Shown here: in pieces, positions 17,840 through 26,323 of the stretch | How positions within the stretch are numbered: position 1 is the first letter of the stretch | Layout of the letters: every line of letters starts with the position of its first letter | DNA from: a virus | Lineage: Duplodnaviria; Caudoviricetes | Length of the DNA: 31,677 bases | Virus record (IMG/VR): IMGVR_UViG_3300032320_000694 | Location: 1 to 31,677 of that record | Reading direction: 5' to 3' (one strand) | Notes under the pieces: model-generated | The model's database searches: none | Told to the model about the DNA's origin: nothing | What the model saw: only the letters and a program-made list of their open reading frames with translations | Made by a program: the position numbers and the translations under genes

Positions 17840-18019
17840 ATGAAAATCACAATCTATATCAAAACCGACAGTCAAGCACACCAAGACAGTCCTGCGTTTG
17901 AGTTACAAAGAAACATGACGCAAGTTACTCAGGCTCTGCTTTGCTACTCACCACCACATGAAGGGCATTTCAATGATTCCAATGGTAATGCTGTTGGTCT
18001 TTTCTTCATTGAGGAGTGA
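17840..18019 (+). CDS. Hypothetical protein, not in ORF track (MKITIYIKTD...DSNGNAVG...)
   Basis: 59 aa translated by hand; AAGGAG RBS; fills the gap between neighbours. Confidence 0.75.
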   Translation: MKITIYIKTDSQAHQDSPAFELQRNMTQVTQALLCYSPPHEGHFNDSNGNAVGLFFIEE

Positions 18020-18095
18020 TACCTATAAGCCCATGCACTGCGTGGGTTTATGGATTATCACTTGATAGTCAATAACTTCTGCTAGGAGATTTTAA
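18015..18095 (+). promoter_or_regulatory. Structured intergenic leader, copy 1
   Basis: 14-bp hairpin 18023-18053 (3 G-U pairs), second hairpin GATTATC/GATAGTC, then TAACTTCTGCTAGGAGATT RBS. Confidence 0.65.
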
Positions 18096-18455
18096 ATGCA
18101 AACAATAGATTTATCAGGCTTTATTGGCACATCTGCCTACCATAGGAGCAGTCTTTTTTCCAAAATGGTTCACACGGATGGTGTTGAATCATTCTGTAAT
18201 CAGGCTCATGCCTACTGGTTCTTAGATATCTGTTCTACCGAGATTCATCCACTACTCGATAAGGAGTTTTTTCTCAGCATTGAGTTGGATGTATTTAATC
18301 ATCAAGAATTTGGCAGTCGTCATGCAATTATCATGGTTACAGATGGGGATGAGAATCATATGCTCACAAAGTTTATCGAGTTTACTGACTGCCCCGTTGG
18401 GAAATACACATTCTTCATGACCGACAATGTTCTCATGCTTACTCAGGAGTATTGA
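18096..18455 (+). CDS. DUF6876-like protein
   Basis: GT..YHR, TDGV, AYW.LD, DG....L....IEFTD.P and VLML..EY motifs. Confidence 0.7.
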   Translation: MQTIDLSGFIGTSAYHRSSLFSKMVHTDGVESFCNQAHAYWFLDICSTEIHPLLDKEFFLSIELDVFNHQEFGSRHAIIMVTDGDENHMLTKFIEFTDCPVGKYTFFMTDNVLMLTQEY

Positions 18456-18456
18456 T

Positions 18457-18624
18457 ATGGATGATAAGCAAGATATGTTTGATTTTTTGACTGCCCTGAG
18501 AGATTCAGGCACGACCAATATGATGTTTGCTCCCAGTTATCTCATGACGCATTACGATTTATCTAAAAGAGATGCTATGCAAGTCTTTACTGACTGGTGC
18601 GAATCTTTGAGGAGCAAAGCATGA
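18457..18624 (+). CDS. Hypothetical protein (LRDSG.TNM family)
   Basis: 55 aa from ATG 18457; AGGAG RBS. Confidence 0.7.
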   Translation: MDDKQDMFDFLTALRDSGTTNMMFAPSYLMTHYDLSKRDAMQVFTDWCESLRSKA

Positions 18625-18827
18625 GTGAGATATCCGTATTACACGACCAAGAGCAGATAGCCATGTATCGCTTACTGACCTTGCGTCAGGCGTTGAAATT
18701 GGAAATGAAAGGACTCAAGGTTAGTCGTGGTAAGACTGCCTACTCCATCATCAAAGCCGAGTTAGGACTCAAGGGCAGTCGTGAGACTGTATTCAAAGAA
18801 TTATCAACCATCTTAGGAAAGGACTAA
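18621..18827 (+). CDS. Hypothetical protein (LKLE.KG...SRG family)
   Basis: 68 aa; ATGA overlap; GAGGAG RBS. Confidence 0.7.
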   Translation: MSEISVLHDQEQIAMYRLLTLRQALKLEMKGLKVSRGKTAYSIIKAELGLKGSRETVFKELSTILGKD

Positions 18828-18831
18828 GAAC

Positions 18832-19002
18832 ATGGATGCCATCATCTATAACAACCAGTTACAGGTGGTGGCATTCCATCATCTGCCTACTTCAATCGAA
18901 GCATTTGAATGGGTGGAGCAGTATCTCGGATGGCATGGTTTAAAGAGACTGGAGACGAAAGTCAAAGGGAAAACAATCAAAGTATTGACGGAGAAATTAT
19001 GA
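18832..19002 (+). CDS. Hypothetical protein, not in ORF track (MDAIIYNNQL...)
   Basis: 56 aa; AAGGA RBS; ATGA-coupled to the next gene. Confidence 0.65.
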   Translation: MDAIIYNNQLQVVAFHHLPTSIEAFEWVEQYLGWHGLKRLETKVKGKTIKVLTEKL

Positions 19003-19178
19003 AATACAAACCAACGAAACAGATGCAAAAAATTGCAGAAACACTGCATACAGAATTACAAAAATCAGATATAGAAATGAAAGTAGTAAATGAATTGATT
19101 CAAAAATCTTTGAAATTACATAGCATGATGATTTTAAAAAAATATAGCGTATTAGATATCAATGACGCAGTTTATTAA
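18999..19178 (+). CDS. Hypothetical protein (MKYKPTKQ...)
   Basis: 59 aa; GGAG RBS; ATGA overlap. Confidence 0.65.
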   Translation: MKYKPTKQMQKIAETLHTELQKSDIEMKVVNELIQKSLKLHSMMILKKYSVLDINDAVY

Positions 19179-19192
19179 TTGAGGAGATTTAA

Positions 19193-19273
19193 ATGGATGG
19201 CACGATTACAGTTTTATGCGTTTATGCAGTGATAGCAGTTTTCTTTTTATATTTTATTTTAACGGAGGAATGA
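19193..19273 (+). CDS. 26-aa single-pass membrane peptide MDGTITVLCVYAVIAVFFLYFILTEE
   Basis: GAGGAG RBS; hydrophobic core; coupled to the next gene. Confidence 0.6.
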   Translation: MDGTITVLCVYAVIAVFFLYFILTEE

Positions 19274-19437
19274 TGCACGAACATACTGGGTATGTGTGGG
19301 ATGAATATGACGCACAAGGCATATTCTTAACAAGGGTTTGCGAATCATGCGTGGCTGAGAAACTCTCAAAATACAGACCTGAGATTCTTTCAGGTTATTC
19401 ACAATCAGATGTAGACGAACAGATAGAGGAGAATTAA
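19270..19437 (+). CDS. Small Zn-binding-like protein (YDAQGI...VC..C)
   Basis: 55 aa; GGAGG RBS. Confidence 0.65.
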   Translation: MMHEHTGYVWDEYDAQGIFLTRVCESCVAEKLSKYRPEILSGYSQSDVDEQIEEN

Positions 19438-19659
19438 ATGGAAGCCGAATTAGATAACTGGGTTTATGCGTGTGTGGCACGATTGACAGATAACTTTGGT
19501 TGGAATGACCAAGACATCAATCAGGCTGAAAGAATAGACATTGAGGGTAAATTGATTGATGCTATTTGTTCTGATAAAAAACTAGCAGACGAGTTTGTTG
19601 AAATCTGTTTAGAACATGGCATTGTTGAAAGTGATTACTTTGATACTTTGGAGGATTGA
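19438..19659 (+). CDS. Acidic hypothetical protein
   Basis: 73 aa; GAGGAG RBS. Confidence 0.7.
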   Translation: MEAELDNWVYACVARLTDNFGWNDQDINQAERIDIEGKLIDAICSDKKLADEFVEICLEHGIVESDYFDTLED

Positions 19660-19662
19660 AAG

Positions 19663-19848
19663 ATGAAAACTGACAAGCATTTTTTAATGGATGATATTTA
19701 CGATTATTTAATGGAAAACTCTGCCAACATAGGAACAAATATTCGTGACGAGTTTACAGATTGTTATATAGATTGTGAAAAAGCCATTATTTATTTGGGA
19801 GGCTCTAAAACTTTTCCAAAATTTAAATTAACTATTGAAGAGGTGTGA
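19663..19848 (+). CDS. Hypothetical protein
   Basis: 61 aa; GGAGG RBS. Confidence 0.65.
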   Translation: MKTDKHFLMDDIYDYLMENSANIGTNIRDEFTDCYIDCEKAIIYLGGSKTFPKFKLTIEEV

Positions 19849-19849
19849 T

Positions 19850-20308
19850 ATGGGATTAGATATGTATTTAAGTGCAAGGCGTTATCTGTGGTCAGATGAT
19901 GACAAGGTATTGTCGAAGAAGATTAGTGACATGATTGATGTTGATGTAGACGAAGACAGAGGAATCAATGGTTCTACACTGCGTGTCAAGGGCATTGAAA
20001 TTGATGCTATGTATTGGAGAAAGGCAAATGCCGTTCATGGTTGGTTCGTTGAAAATGTGCAAGAAGACGAAGATGATTGTGGAGAATACCATGTTGAAAG
20101 GAGTCAACTGGAGGACTTGATTCGTGAATGTGAACAGGCATTGACCAGTCGTGATTCTAAAAATCTCCAACCAAAATCAGGTTTCTTTTTTGGTTCAACA
20201 GATATTAACGAAGGGTATTGGTCTGACTTAGAGGACACTGTTGTGGGTTTGAAAAGGGCGTTGACATTGTCTAATGATTATTCGTTTTATTACTCTTCAT
20301 CTTGGTAA
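19850..20308 (+). CDS. Conserved phage early protein (MGLDMYL...YWRKAN.VH.WF...Y.SSW family)
   Basis: Recognisable motif set including GFFFGS; GAGGTG RBS supports ATG 19850. Confidence 0.8.
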   Translation: MGLDMYLSARRYLWSDDDKVLSKKISDMIDVDVDEDRGINGSTLRVKGIEIDAMYWRKANAVHGWFVENVQEDEDDCGEYHVERSQLEDLIRECEQALTSRDSKNLQPKSGFFFGSTDINEGYWSDLEDTVVGLKRALTLSNDYSFYYSSSW

Positions 20309-20317
20309 GGAGGGATT

Positions 20318-20602
20318 ATGAACATATGTGAAGATGGTTACTCAGGCAATAACGACCCATTCTTTCAAGAGATATCAGACGATTATGATGAAATTCAAAT
20401 GAGTCCTGATACGCTTGATGATGGTTCAGTAGTAGTCAATTTTGATGTATATGACAACGAGAATAATCAGGTTATCAAGACTGGTGGATATGTCATGGTG
20501 CGTAAAGATGAAGACGAGAAACGCTTTACCATTCTCGTATTTGATAAGGATGGTAATTCAGTATCTCAAACCCTGTTACCTTTTGATTGGAGTGATGTAT
20601 GA
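20318..20602 (+). CDS. Highly acidic hypothetical protein
   Basis: 94 aa D/E-rich; AAGGAGG RBS. Confidence 0.7.
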   Translation: MNICEDGYSGNNDPFFQEISDDYDEIQMSPDTLDDGSVVVNFDVYDNENNQVIKTGGYVMVRKDEDEKRFTILVFDKDGNSVSQTLLPFDWSDV

Positions 20603-20877
20603 AAATGACGATTAAAGGCTATCATGCCGTTATCAGTTCTGACTGGCTTGGAGATGGTTCAGCAGTTCTGATTGGGGTTGTGGAAGACGGACATCCCTGT
20701 GAAGCCTACTTTGACTCTGATGCAGATGAAAGGATTTATTTCTATCTGTCTGAGGAAGAGTTAGCGAATCTCAAGGTTGGTGATGTGCTAAATGATGGTG
20801 AGGACTTTACGATTGTCGAGATTGACAAAGACGAGCCTCATATTTTTGAAATTGAATATGACGAAAAGGAGTTTTAA
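20599..20877 (+). CDS. Highly acidic hypothetical protein
   Basis: 92 aa; ATGA overlap. Confidence 0.7.
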   Translation: MKMTIKGYHAVISSDWLGDGSAVLIGVVEDGHPCEAYFDSDADERIYFYLSEEELANLKVGDVLNDGEDFTIVEIDKDEPHIFEIEYDEKEF

Positions 20878-21042
20878 ATGCCGTTATTTAATGTATTGAT
20901 GACTACCACTGACTATGTCGAGGTTGAAGCCGACAATCCCAGTGACGCTAAATTGAAAGTAATGCTCATGTATCAAGAGGGCGATATTGCTACTGAAGAT
21001 GCTGAGTTTTTTTGTGAAGAATGTGACGAGGTGAAATTATGA
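20878..21042 (+). CDS. DpnD/PcfM-like small acidic protein, not in ORF track
   Basis: 54 aa MPLFNVLMTTTDYVEVEADNPSDA...; the V.VEA....A motif; AAGGAG RBS. Confidence 0.6.
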   Translation: MPLFNVLMTTTDYVEVEADNPSDAKLKVMLMYQEGDIATEDAEFFCEECDEVKL

Positions 21043-21281
21043 AAGACTGGGACTTACATTGGTTAATCGAAGCCAAATCGCAGTTATTGAATCGCAAGAT
21101 TGTCGGAGTCCGTTACATGACCAAAGAAGAGATGGATAACTTTGGTTGGTATAACAGACCAGTGGTCATGGAACTGGATGATGGCAATACGATTTTTCCA
21201 TCTGCTGATGACGAAGGAAACAATGGTGGTGCATTGTTTACCACAAATGATGCAAACCCATGTTTGCCAGTGTTGAGGTAG
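21039..21281 (+). CDS. Conserved hypothetical protein (S.DDEGN.GGAL)
   Basis: 80 aa; L..RKIV.VRY, LDDG..I.PS.DDEGN.GGALF motifs. Confidence 0.75.
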   Translation: MKDWDLHWLIEAKSQLLNRKIVGVRYMTKEEMDNFGWYNRPVVMELDDGNTIFPSADDEGNNGGALFTTNDANPCLPVLR

Positions 21282-21285
21282 AGCC

Positions 21286-21474
21286 ATGAAACTAGAAATG
21301 AAAATGTATTTTGCTGACATGGACTCACTGAAGTCTGCCTTGAAAGATTTAATCAATGAGTTAGACAGGTGTGACATGGGAACAGTCGAGAGTTATCCGT
21401 TTTACATTGGATCATTCAGACGAATCAATGAAAAGATTGATGTGACAGACTTGGATAGTGGTGTGCATTGGTAA
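21286..21474 (+). CDS. Hypothetical protein
   Basis: 62 aa; GAGG RBS. Confidence 0.65.
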   Translation: MKLEMKMYFADMDSLKSALKDLINELDRCDMGTVESYPFYIGSFRRINEKIDVTDLDSGVHW

Positions 21475-21549
21475 GTGTCAATCCTTATGCTCGAAAGGGC
21501 ATAGGGATTATCATTTCGGTAATCATTTAACTTTTGCTAGGAGATTAAA
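21473..21549 (+). promoter_or_regulatory. Structured intergenic leader, copy 2
   Basis: 13-bp hairpin 21480-21509 with a GAAA tetraloop, second hairpin GATTATC/GGTAATC, then TAACTTTTGCTAGGAGATT RBS. Confidence 0.65.
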
Positions 21550-22236
21550 ATGCCAAATTGGTGTGACAATAGTTTGACTGTATCGCATACAGATACGAGA
21601 AAGATTGAAGTTTTGGTGAGAGCATGGACACAGGGGAAGTTCTTTGGAACAATTTTGCCTGAACCTGACTACACCACTACGCCAGTCAACAAGACTTTCC
21701 CTGACTTACACTTACAGTATGCCAAGACTGACGAAGAGAAAGCCAAAGTGCTAGAACCGACAATCAGCGAGGATAACTGGTGGGACTGGAGGGTGCAACA
21801 CTGGGGAACAAAATGGGAAATTGAAACTGAAGGACAGCCTTATTACTGGCAAAACAATCATTTGACGCTTTCATTTGACACTGCTTGGAGTCCTCCACTG
21901 GGTATTTATGAAGCATTGATGGCACAGGGATACTCTGTGCGAGCCAAGTATTACGAAGGTGGTATGTCTTATTGTGGTGCGTGGACTGATGGATTTGATG
22001 ACTGCTACGATATTGAAGGGGGATATGACTGGATTATCAAAAACATCCCACAAGAAATTGATGCAGAGTTTTGTATTTCTGAAAATGCATTGGAGTGGAA
22101 TATGTCCGAATTGACAGACAATATTGAAGCCACTGAAGAGAAACTGAAGACTGCTACTGGTGAAGAGAAAGTAAAACTGGAAGCCGAATTGAAAGCATTT
22201 CAAACTGAATTATCTATTTTAGAAAGGTGTGCATAA
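21550..22236 (+). CDS. YubB/Api92-like ferredoxin-fold (DUF1281-type) protein
   Basis: MPNWC.N, W.DWR...WGTKW, FDTAWSPP and YYE.GM...G motifs. Confidence 0.8.
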   Translation: MPNWCDNSLTVSHTDTRKIEVLVRAWTQGKFFGTILPEPDYTTTPVNKTFPDLHLQYAKTDEEKAKVLEPTISEDNWWDWRVQHWGTKWEIETEGQPYYWQNNHLTLSFDTAWSPPLGIYEALMAQGYSVRAKYYEGGMSYCGAWTDGFDDCYDIEGGYDWIIKNIPQEIDAEFCISENALEWNMSELTDNIEATEEKLKTATGEEKVKLEAELKAFQTELSILERCA

Positions 22237-22529
22237 TGGGTGCGACTAATTTTATGTGTAGTGAAAGTGGTAAATCTGCGAAAGAAGCGTTTAGAAGTGC
22301 AGTGAAACAAGCCCAGTATGATCATGGGCATAGTGGTTATACAGGCACAATCGCTGAGAAAAGTGAGTTTGTGATGATTCCCTTGCCGAAAGGTATGAAT
22401 CCAGTGACTTATGCCAACAAACTTTTTGACGATAACGATTCTCGGATTGATGACAAATGGGGTGCGTGTGGTTGTATTGCTATTCCTGAGTCAGACGAAT
22501 ATCTGTTCTTTGGTTACGCATCTTGCTAG
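22236..22529 (+). CDS. Conserved phage protein (GH.GYTGTIAEK...DKWG...FFG.A)
   Basis: 97 aa; TAATG coupling at 22234-22238. Confidence 0.75.
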   Translation: MGATNFMCSESGKSAKEAFRSAVKQAQYDHGHSGYTGTIAEKSEFVMIPLPKGMNPVTYANKLFDDNDSRIDDKWGACGCIAIPESDEYLFFGYASC

Positions 22530-22537
22530 GAGAAAAT

Positions 22538-22768
22538 ATGCCGTTTGAAGTGCAACACTACACTCTCTGTGATGGTTGGATTAACACATGGAGAGATATT
22601 AACGAAAGGGGGGAGGAAACTCCCTCCATCTACTGGACATACACTGAGGCTTTAGATGAGTTGACAGATTTTCTTGCTCAAGAGCATGAAGCATTTGCCG
22701 AAGGCAATATAGATTCAATGTATGACATTAACGAATTTAGGATTATGGAGATTACAGATGCCTACTAA
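22538..22768 (+). CDS. Acidic hypothetical protein (TLCDGW.N.W family)
   Basis: 76 aa from ATG 22538 with TGCTAGGAG RBS. Confidence 0.7.
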   Translation: MPFEVQHYTLCDGWINTWRDINERGEETPSIYWTYTEALDELTDFLAQEHEAFAEGNIDSMYDINEFRIMEITDAY

Positions 22769-22928
22769 AACTTTGAAAGAAATTGAAGACGAAATTCAGT
22801 ATATTTATTATGTTTACGACACTTGCAAGTTGCAATATCACGAATGGGATTTAAGCGATAAATTGCGTTATGGTCGCTTGCAAGCCATGAAAGATAGAAG
22901 ACTGGCACAACAAAAGGAGGAGGTATGA
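22758..22928 (+). CDS. Hypothetical protein
   Basis: 56 aa from ATG 22758; GGAG RBS. Confidence 0.6.
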   Translation: MPTKTLKEIEDEIQYIYYVYDTCKLQYHEWDLSDKLRYGRLQAMKDRRLAQQKEEV

Positions 22929-23104
22929 TTACTAAAAAAGAAATTCTGAAAAATGGTTATACAGTTTTGCCAAAAGGTGGATGGTTTTATGTTGATCCTG
23001 AGATTGTTCCACATGACTGGCATGACATTTGCAAAGACTTTGGGATTGATGTTAGTGCCAAAGGTGCGTATTTATGTATCGTGGGGGTAAAGCAAGATGA
23101 GTGA
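22925..23104 (+). CDS. Hypothetical protein, not in ORF track (MITKKEILKNG...)
   Basis: 59 aa; GGAGG RBS; ATGA overlap. Confidence 0.65.
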   Translation: MITKKEILKNGYTVLPKGGWFYVDPEIVPHDWHDICKDFGIDVSAKGAYLCIVGVKQDE

Positions 23105-23177
23105 TTTTATGTTGGGTTACTTACTTGGCTATTTATGTGGAGTATTAGTTTATTTTATTTTAAGGAGGATTAAATGA
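23097..23177 (+). CDS. 26-aa membrane peptide MSDFMLGYLLGYLCGVLVYFILRRIK
   Basis: Hydrophobic with GxxxG repeats; overlaps both neighbours. Confidence 0.55.
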   Translation: MSDFMLGYLLGYLCGVLVYFILRRIK

Positions 23178-23341
23178 GTAAATATAACAGTGATTTATTA
23201 GATGATTTTTGTGAGGAAGAGTTTGGTCATAAGGACTGGACAATGGACTGGGACAAAAACAAAAATCTGATTATTAAGTTTTATAAAAAGCCTAGACCTG
23301 AGTATCTTGAAGAATTGGAAGAAGAGGAGGAAGAAGAATGA
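23174..23341 (+). CDS. Acidic protein with a poly-Glu tail, not in ORF track
   Basis: 55 aa ending LEELEEEEEEE; AAGGAGG RBS. Confidence 0.65.
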   Translation: MSKYNSDLLDDFCEEEFGHKDWTMDWDKNKNLIIKFYKKPRPEYLEELEEEEEEE

Positions 23342-23505
23342 AGCGATATGATGTTACATTCGTGATGCAAAGAAAGGTCTATATTACTGTAGATGTTCCC
23401 AATGGTGAGGATATTGTTCAGTGGGCGTGGGATAATATTACAGTCAATAATGGCGAAGACATGATTGATGTAGACTACTATGAGGTTGATCCTAATGAAT
23501 ATTAA
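23338..23505 (+). CDS. Small acidic beta protein, not in ORF track (MKRYDVTFVM...)
   Basis: 55 aa; GAGGAGG RBS; ATGA overlap. Confidence 0.65.
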   Translation: MKRYDVTFVMQRKVYITVDVPNGEDIVQWAWDNITVNNGEDMIDVDYYEVDPNEY

Positions 23506-23776
23506 GAACTGTGGTGGTAAAGTTCCAGTATTTGTGGGGGGCGAAAGCCCCTACAAACTGGTTGATTTTCCTTCAAAAGAGGTGTTTAATGAATGTTTTA
23601 AACGAAGCAAACCTGAAGACCAAGATAAATACTGGACAATGCTTCATATGCGTCTTGAAGGCAATTCTTTGAGTCAGGTTGCTTCTAAATACAGTTTGAC
23701 AAGAGAAAGGATTCGTCAGATTGAGGCTAAGTTTTTAAGGAGATTAGCCATTTCTTTAAACTCTGCGAAGCCTTGA
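23495..23776 (+). CDS. Stand-alone sigma-70 region-4 HTH protein
   Basis: SLSQVASKYSLTRERIRQIEAKFLRRL closely matches RpoD region 4.2 (TRERIRQIEAKALRKL). Confidence 0.8.
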   Translation: MNIKNCGGKVPVFVGGESPYKLVDFPSKEVFNECFKRSKPEDQDKYWTMLHMRLEGNSLSQVASKYSLTRERIRQIEAKFLRRLAISLNSAKP

Positions 23777-24545
23777 CCTTGCCTAATCTAAGATGATAGT
23801 CGTTAAAATCTTCACCAGTTGTGTCGGAAAGCCAATACGGTTTGCCTGTATCTTTGGCAGATCGTTCTCCGATACCATTGGTGTCGTTATCAGCGATGAC
23901 GAAGCCATGCCTAATGTTCCTTGCTATGAACTTCATGTTGCTTGCACTAAAGCAAATGTGGATTTGATAAGGAATATTCAAATGATTCATCACTTCCCTG
24001 ATGGAGAGTCCAGTGGCGAATCCTTCGCAAAATATGGGAATGCCCTTTGTGCCGATAACAAAGGATGCTCCCTTCGTGGTTTGACCATTGAGGAACTTTT
24101 TACTCCCCTCTTGGTCGATGAGTTGACATCCTACTATTACTCCATCAATACTCATGGGAATCGCTAAAAGTTTGACGAAGCCCTTGACGAAGCAATTTGC
24201 TAATTCATTTTCAAACCCTTTTGCAGCCAAATAAGGATGCGTTTCTAAACTACACTGGCTCATTATCCATGATGCCTTTGACGAAGCCTTTTTTGCATTC
24301 TGCTGTCGATTATCCATTGATTTAGTGATTTGCTGTCGGATTTGTTTCTCATTGACTCCATTTGCAAACCATGTGACTGGCTTTTCCATTGTTGACCAGT
24401 TTTGCACCCATCCTACATCCCCTAAGATTTTATATCTGCCATTTCTCTTCTGTGGATGATCTTCTGTTGGCGTAGCAATCCATTTGTCGTATTCCAGGCT
24501 ATCAACAATCAAGCCATGATCTCTTGCGAAGTTTACAAAGTCCAT
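23727..24545 (-). CDS. Toprim-domain DNA primase
   Basis: HPYL..KG, L.IP, CEGFATG, IADND and G.DFND Toprim motifs; coupled to the helicase. Confidence 0.85.
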   Translation of the reverse strand: MDFVNFARDHGLIVDSLEYDKWIATPTEDHPQKRNGRYKILGDVGWVQNWSTMEKPVTWFANGVNEKQIRQQITKSMDNRQQNAKKASSKASWIMSQCSLETHPYLAAKGFENELANCFVKGFVKLLAIPMSIDGVIVGCQLIDQEGSKKFLNGQTTKGASFVIGTKGIPIFCEGFATGLSIREVMNHLNIPYQIHICFSASNMKFIARNIRHGFVIADNDTNGIGERSAKDTGKPYWLSDTTGEDFNDYHLRLGKVKASQSLKKWLISLKT

Positions 24546-26029
24546 TATTTAATCCCCATTTTTTGATTTCTTTTGACCCACGCTATGGTTCTATGCTTTA
24601 CCCAGTTTTGGGTATCCAGTGAGGGTATTCTTGGTTCTTCTGACAATCCTCTGGGCCATACTCCAAACTTTGCTCGATATTGATTACTAGCCCAGTTGAT
24701 GTTGTATTTTCTGTCTTTTGCCATGTAAATTAACTCAGAATAAAAGTTCTGTTTGACCTCTTTTGATACATTTTCTTTTATTCCTAACTCAGTCATTTCT
24801 CCTGCCACTGCCTCTATTTGCTTAATCGGTCTGACGTAGCCACAATAAACGCAGGTATTGCTATTTTTTTCCCATAAAGCCGAGCATTTAGGGCATTTTG
24901 ATTCTTTCTTTTCTTTTTCAGGTGGCTCTTTTTTGGCTTTTTCAGTCTTTTCATCCAGTTTACTCACGCCATTGGCATAAATATCATCCCAGTCTTCCCT
25001 AAATCGCAGATAATTGCCTGAATGATCAAGCCAAACACCAAATTCTTTTCCTTCTGAAGCTCGCATTACCCTACCCATTTGTTGAATGTGGGATGACAAT
25101 GACTTAGAAAATGGTCTAGCAGAGATGCCAATCATGACATCAGGCACATCAAACCCTCTAGTCAATACGTCAGTTGCAATTAAGCCATGAATTTTTGTAT
25201 CAGGCTTAGAAAAGTCCTCAATCATTTCACGCTTAAATTCAGAATCATCAAGGTAAGAAATACTAACAAAGTTATAACCTTTTCTGGCAAACTGTTCCAC
25301 CAAGTCCTGACCATGCTTAACTCCTGCACAAAATACAATCGTTTTTCTTGGTCTGCCAAAGATTTCAAGTGTTTTCTTTTCCCATTCAACCACAATATCG
25401 CCAGTAATCTTCATGCCTCGTTCCGTTACTTCGTCAGGACTCCATTCTCCCGCTAGTAACTTAGCCCCTGTCATGTCGATTTCTTTGGCAATATAGATTC
25501 GTAAAGGACTTAGCCAACCCTTTTCAACCAAGTCCTCTGTCGTAGCCGCACAAACCACATGGTCATAAATTTTTCCTAAACCTTTGGTAAATGGTGTTGC
25601 AGTTAAGCCGATGACTTTGATTTGAGGATTGTTTTTGATGATGGAAGTAATTTGACTTCGCGCGATATGGCACTCATCAACAATCAATAAATCCATCTCA
25701 GGAAACTTTTTACGTTTTTCTAAGGTTTGTGATGAACATATCTGAATACGTTTTAAAGCACTTTGACGGTAATGGTTCGCCTGTATTACGCCATGATCTA
25801 TGGAATACTTGTCCAAGCGATTACTGGTTTGATCTATCAACACAATACGGTCTAGAATCATGCCAGCACGATTAAATTTATCTGCCGTAGCCTTCATTAA
25901 GTAAATGGCTACCTCAGTCTTGCCAAAGCCAGTTGGAGCATACAACAGTTGCGTTCTATGCCCATCTTTAAAACCCTGACGAAGCATCTCCACAACACCT
26001 GTTTGGTGTTCTCGTAAAGATAATTCCAT
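24545..26029 (-). CDS. Superfamily II DExH helicase with C-terminal Zn ribbon
   Basis: APTGFGKT, DECH, LTATP, GFDVPD, QQMGRVMR, CPKC...CVYC. Confidence 0.9.
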   Translation of the reverse strand: MELSLREHQTGVVEMLRQGFKDGHRTQLLYAPTGFGKTEVAIYLMKATADKFNRAGMILDRIVLIDQTSNRLDKYSIDHGVIQANHYRQSALKRIQICSSQTLEKRKKFPEMDLLIVDECHIARSQITSIIKNNPQIKVIGLTATPFTKGLGKIYDHVVCAATTEDLVEKGWLSPLRIYIAKEIDMTGAKLLAGEWSPDEVTERGMKITGDIVVEWEKKTLEIFGRPRKTIVFCAGVKHGQDLVEQFARKGYNFVSISYLDDSEFKREMIEDFSKPDTKIHGLIATDVLTRGFDVPDVMIGISARPFSKSLSSHIQQMGRVMRASEGKEFGVWLDHSGNYLRFREDWDDIYANGVSKLDEKTEKAKKEPPEKEKKESKCPKCSALWEKNSNTCVYCGYVRPIKQIEAVAGEMTELGIKENVSKEVKQNFYSELIYMAKDRKYNINWASNQYRAKFGVWPRGLSEEPRIPSLDTQNWVKHRTIAWVKRNQKMGIK

Positions 26030-26030
26030 G

Positions 26031-26297
26031 TTATTTCTTCGCTTTTAATTGACGAATGAGATCTGCATTGCGATTCTGATACATATCTCTACTGTCTTTT
26101 AAAGATTCATTTTCTTTCTCAAGAATACGAATAGTTGATTTTAATTCTTCTACAACGTCAAGAATGTAATCTTGCTCAAAGTCTGTTGCATCCCATTTCT
26201 TTGTTGCTACGATAGTTTTATATTTATCTAACTCTTGATCTAAGTAAACAATAGTGTCAGTTAATTCGTTGATGTTGCTTTGTGTTATATATTCCAT
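26031..26297 (-). CDS. Coiled-coil protein, first gene of the helicase-primase operon
   Basis: 88 aa; LK.SRD.YQ..NA.L; CTGCTAGGAG RBS. Confidence 0.75.
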   Translation of the reverse strand: MEYITQSNINELTDTIVYLDQELDKYKTIVATKKWDATDFEQDYILDVVEELKSTIRILEKENESLKDSRDMYQNRNADLIRQLKAKK

Positions 26298-26323
26298 GTA
26301 TTCTCCTAGCAGTTGGAAATTTT

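Noticed and set aside
18252-22203. Minus-strand ORFs within the early operon
   Set aside because: Shadows of plus-strand genes that have clear RBSs and stop/start coupling.
23793-25456. Plus-strand ORFs 23793..24167 and 25187..25456
   Set aside because: Antisense to primase and helicase; no independent support.
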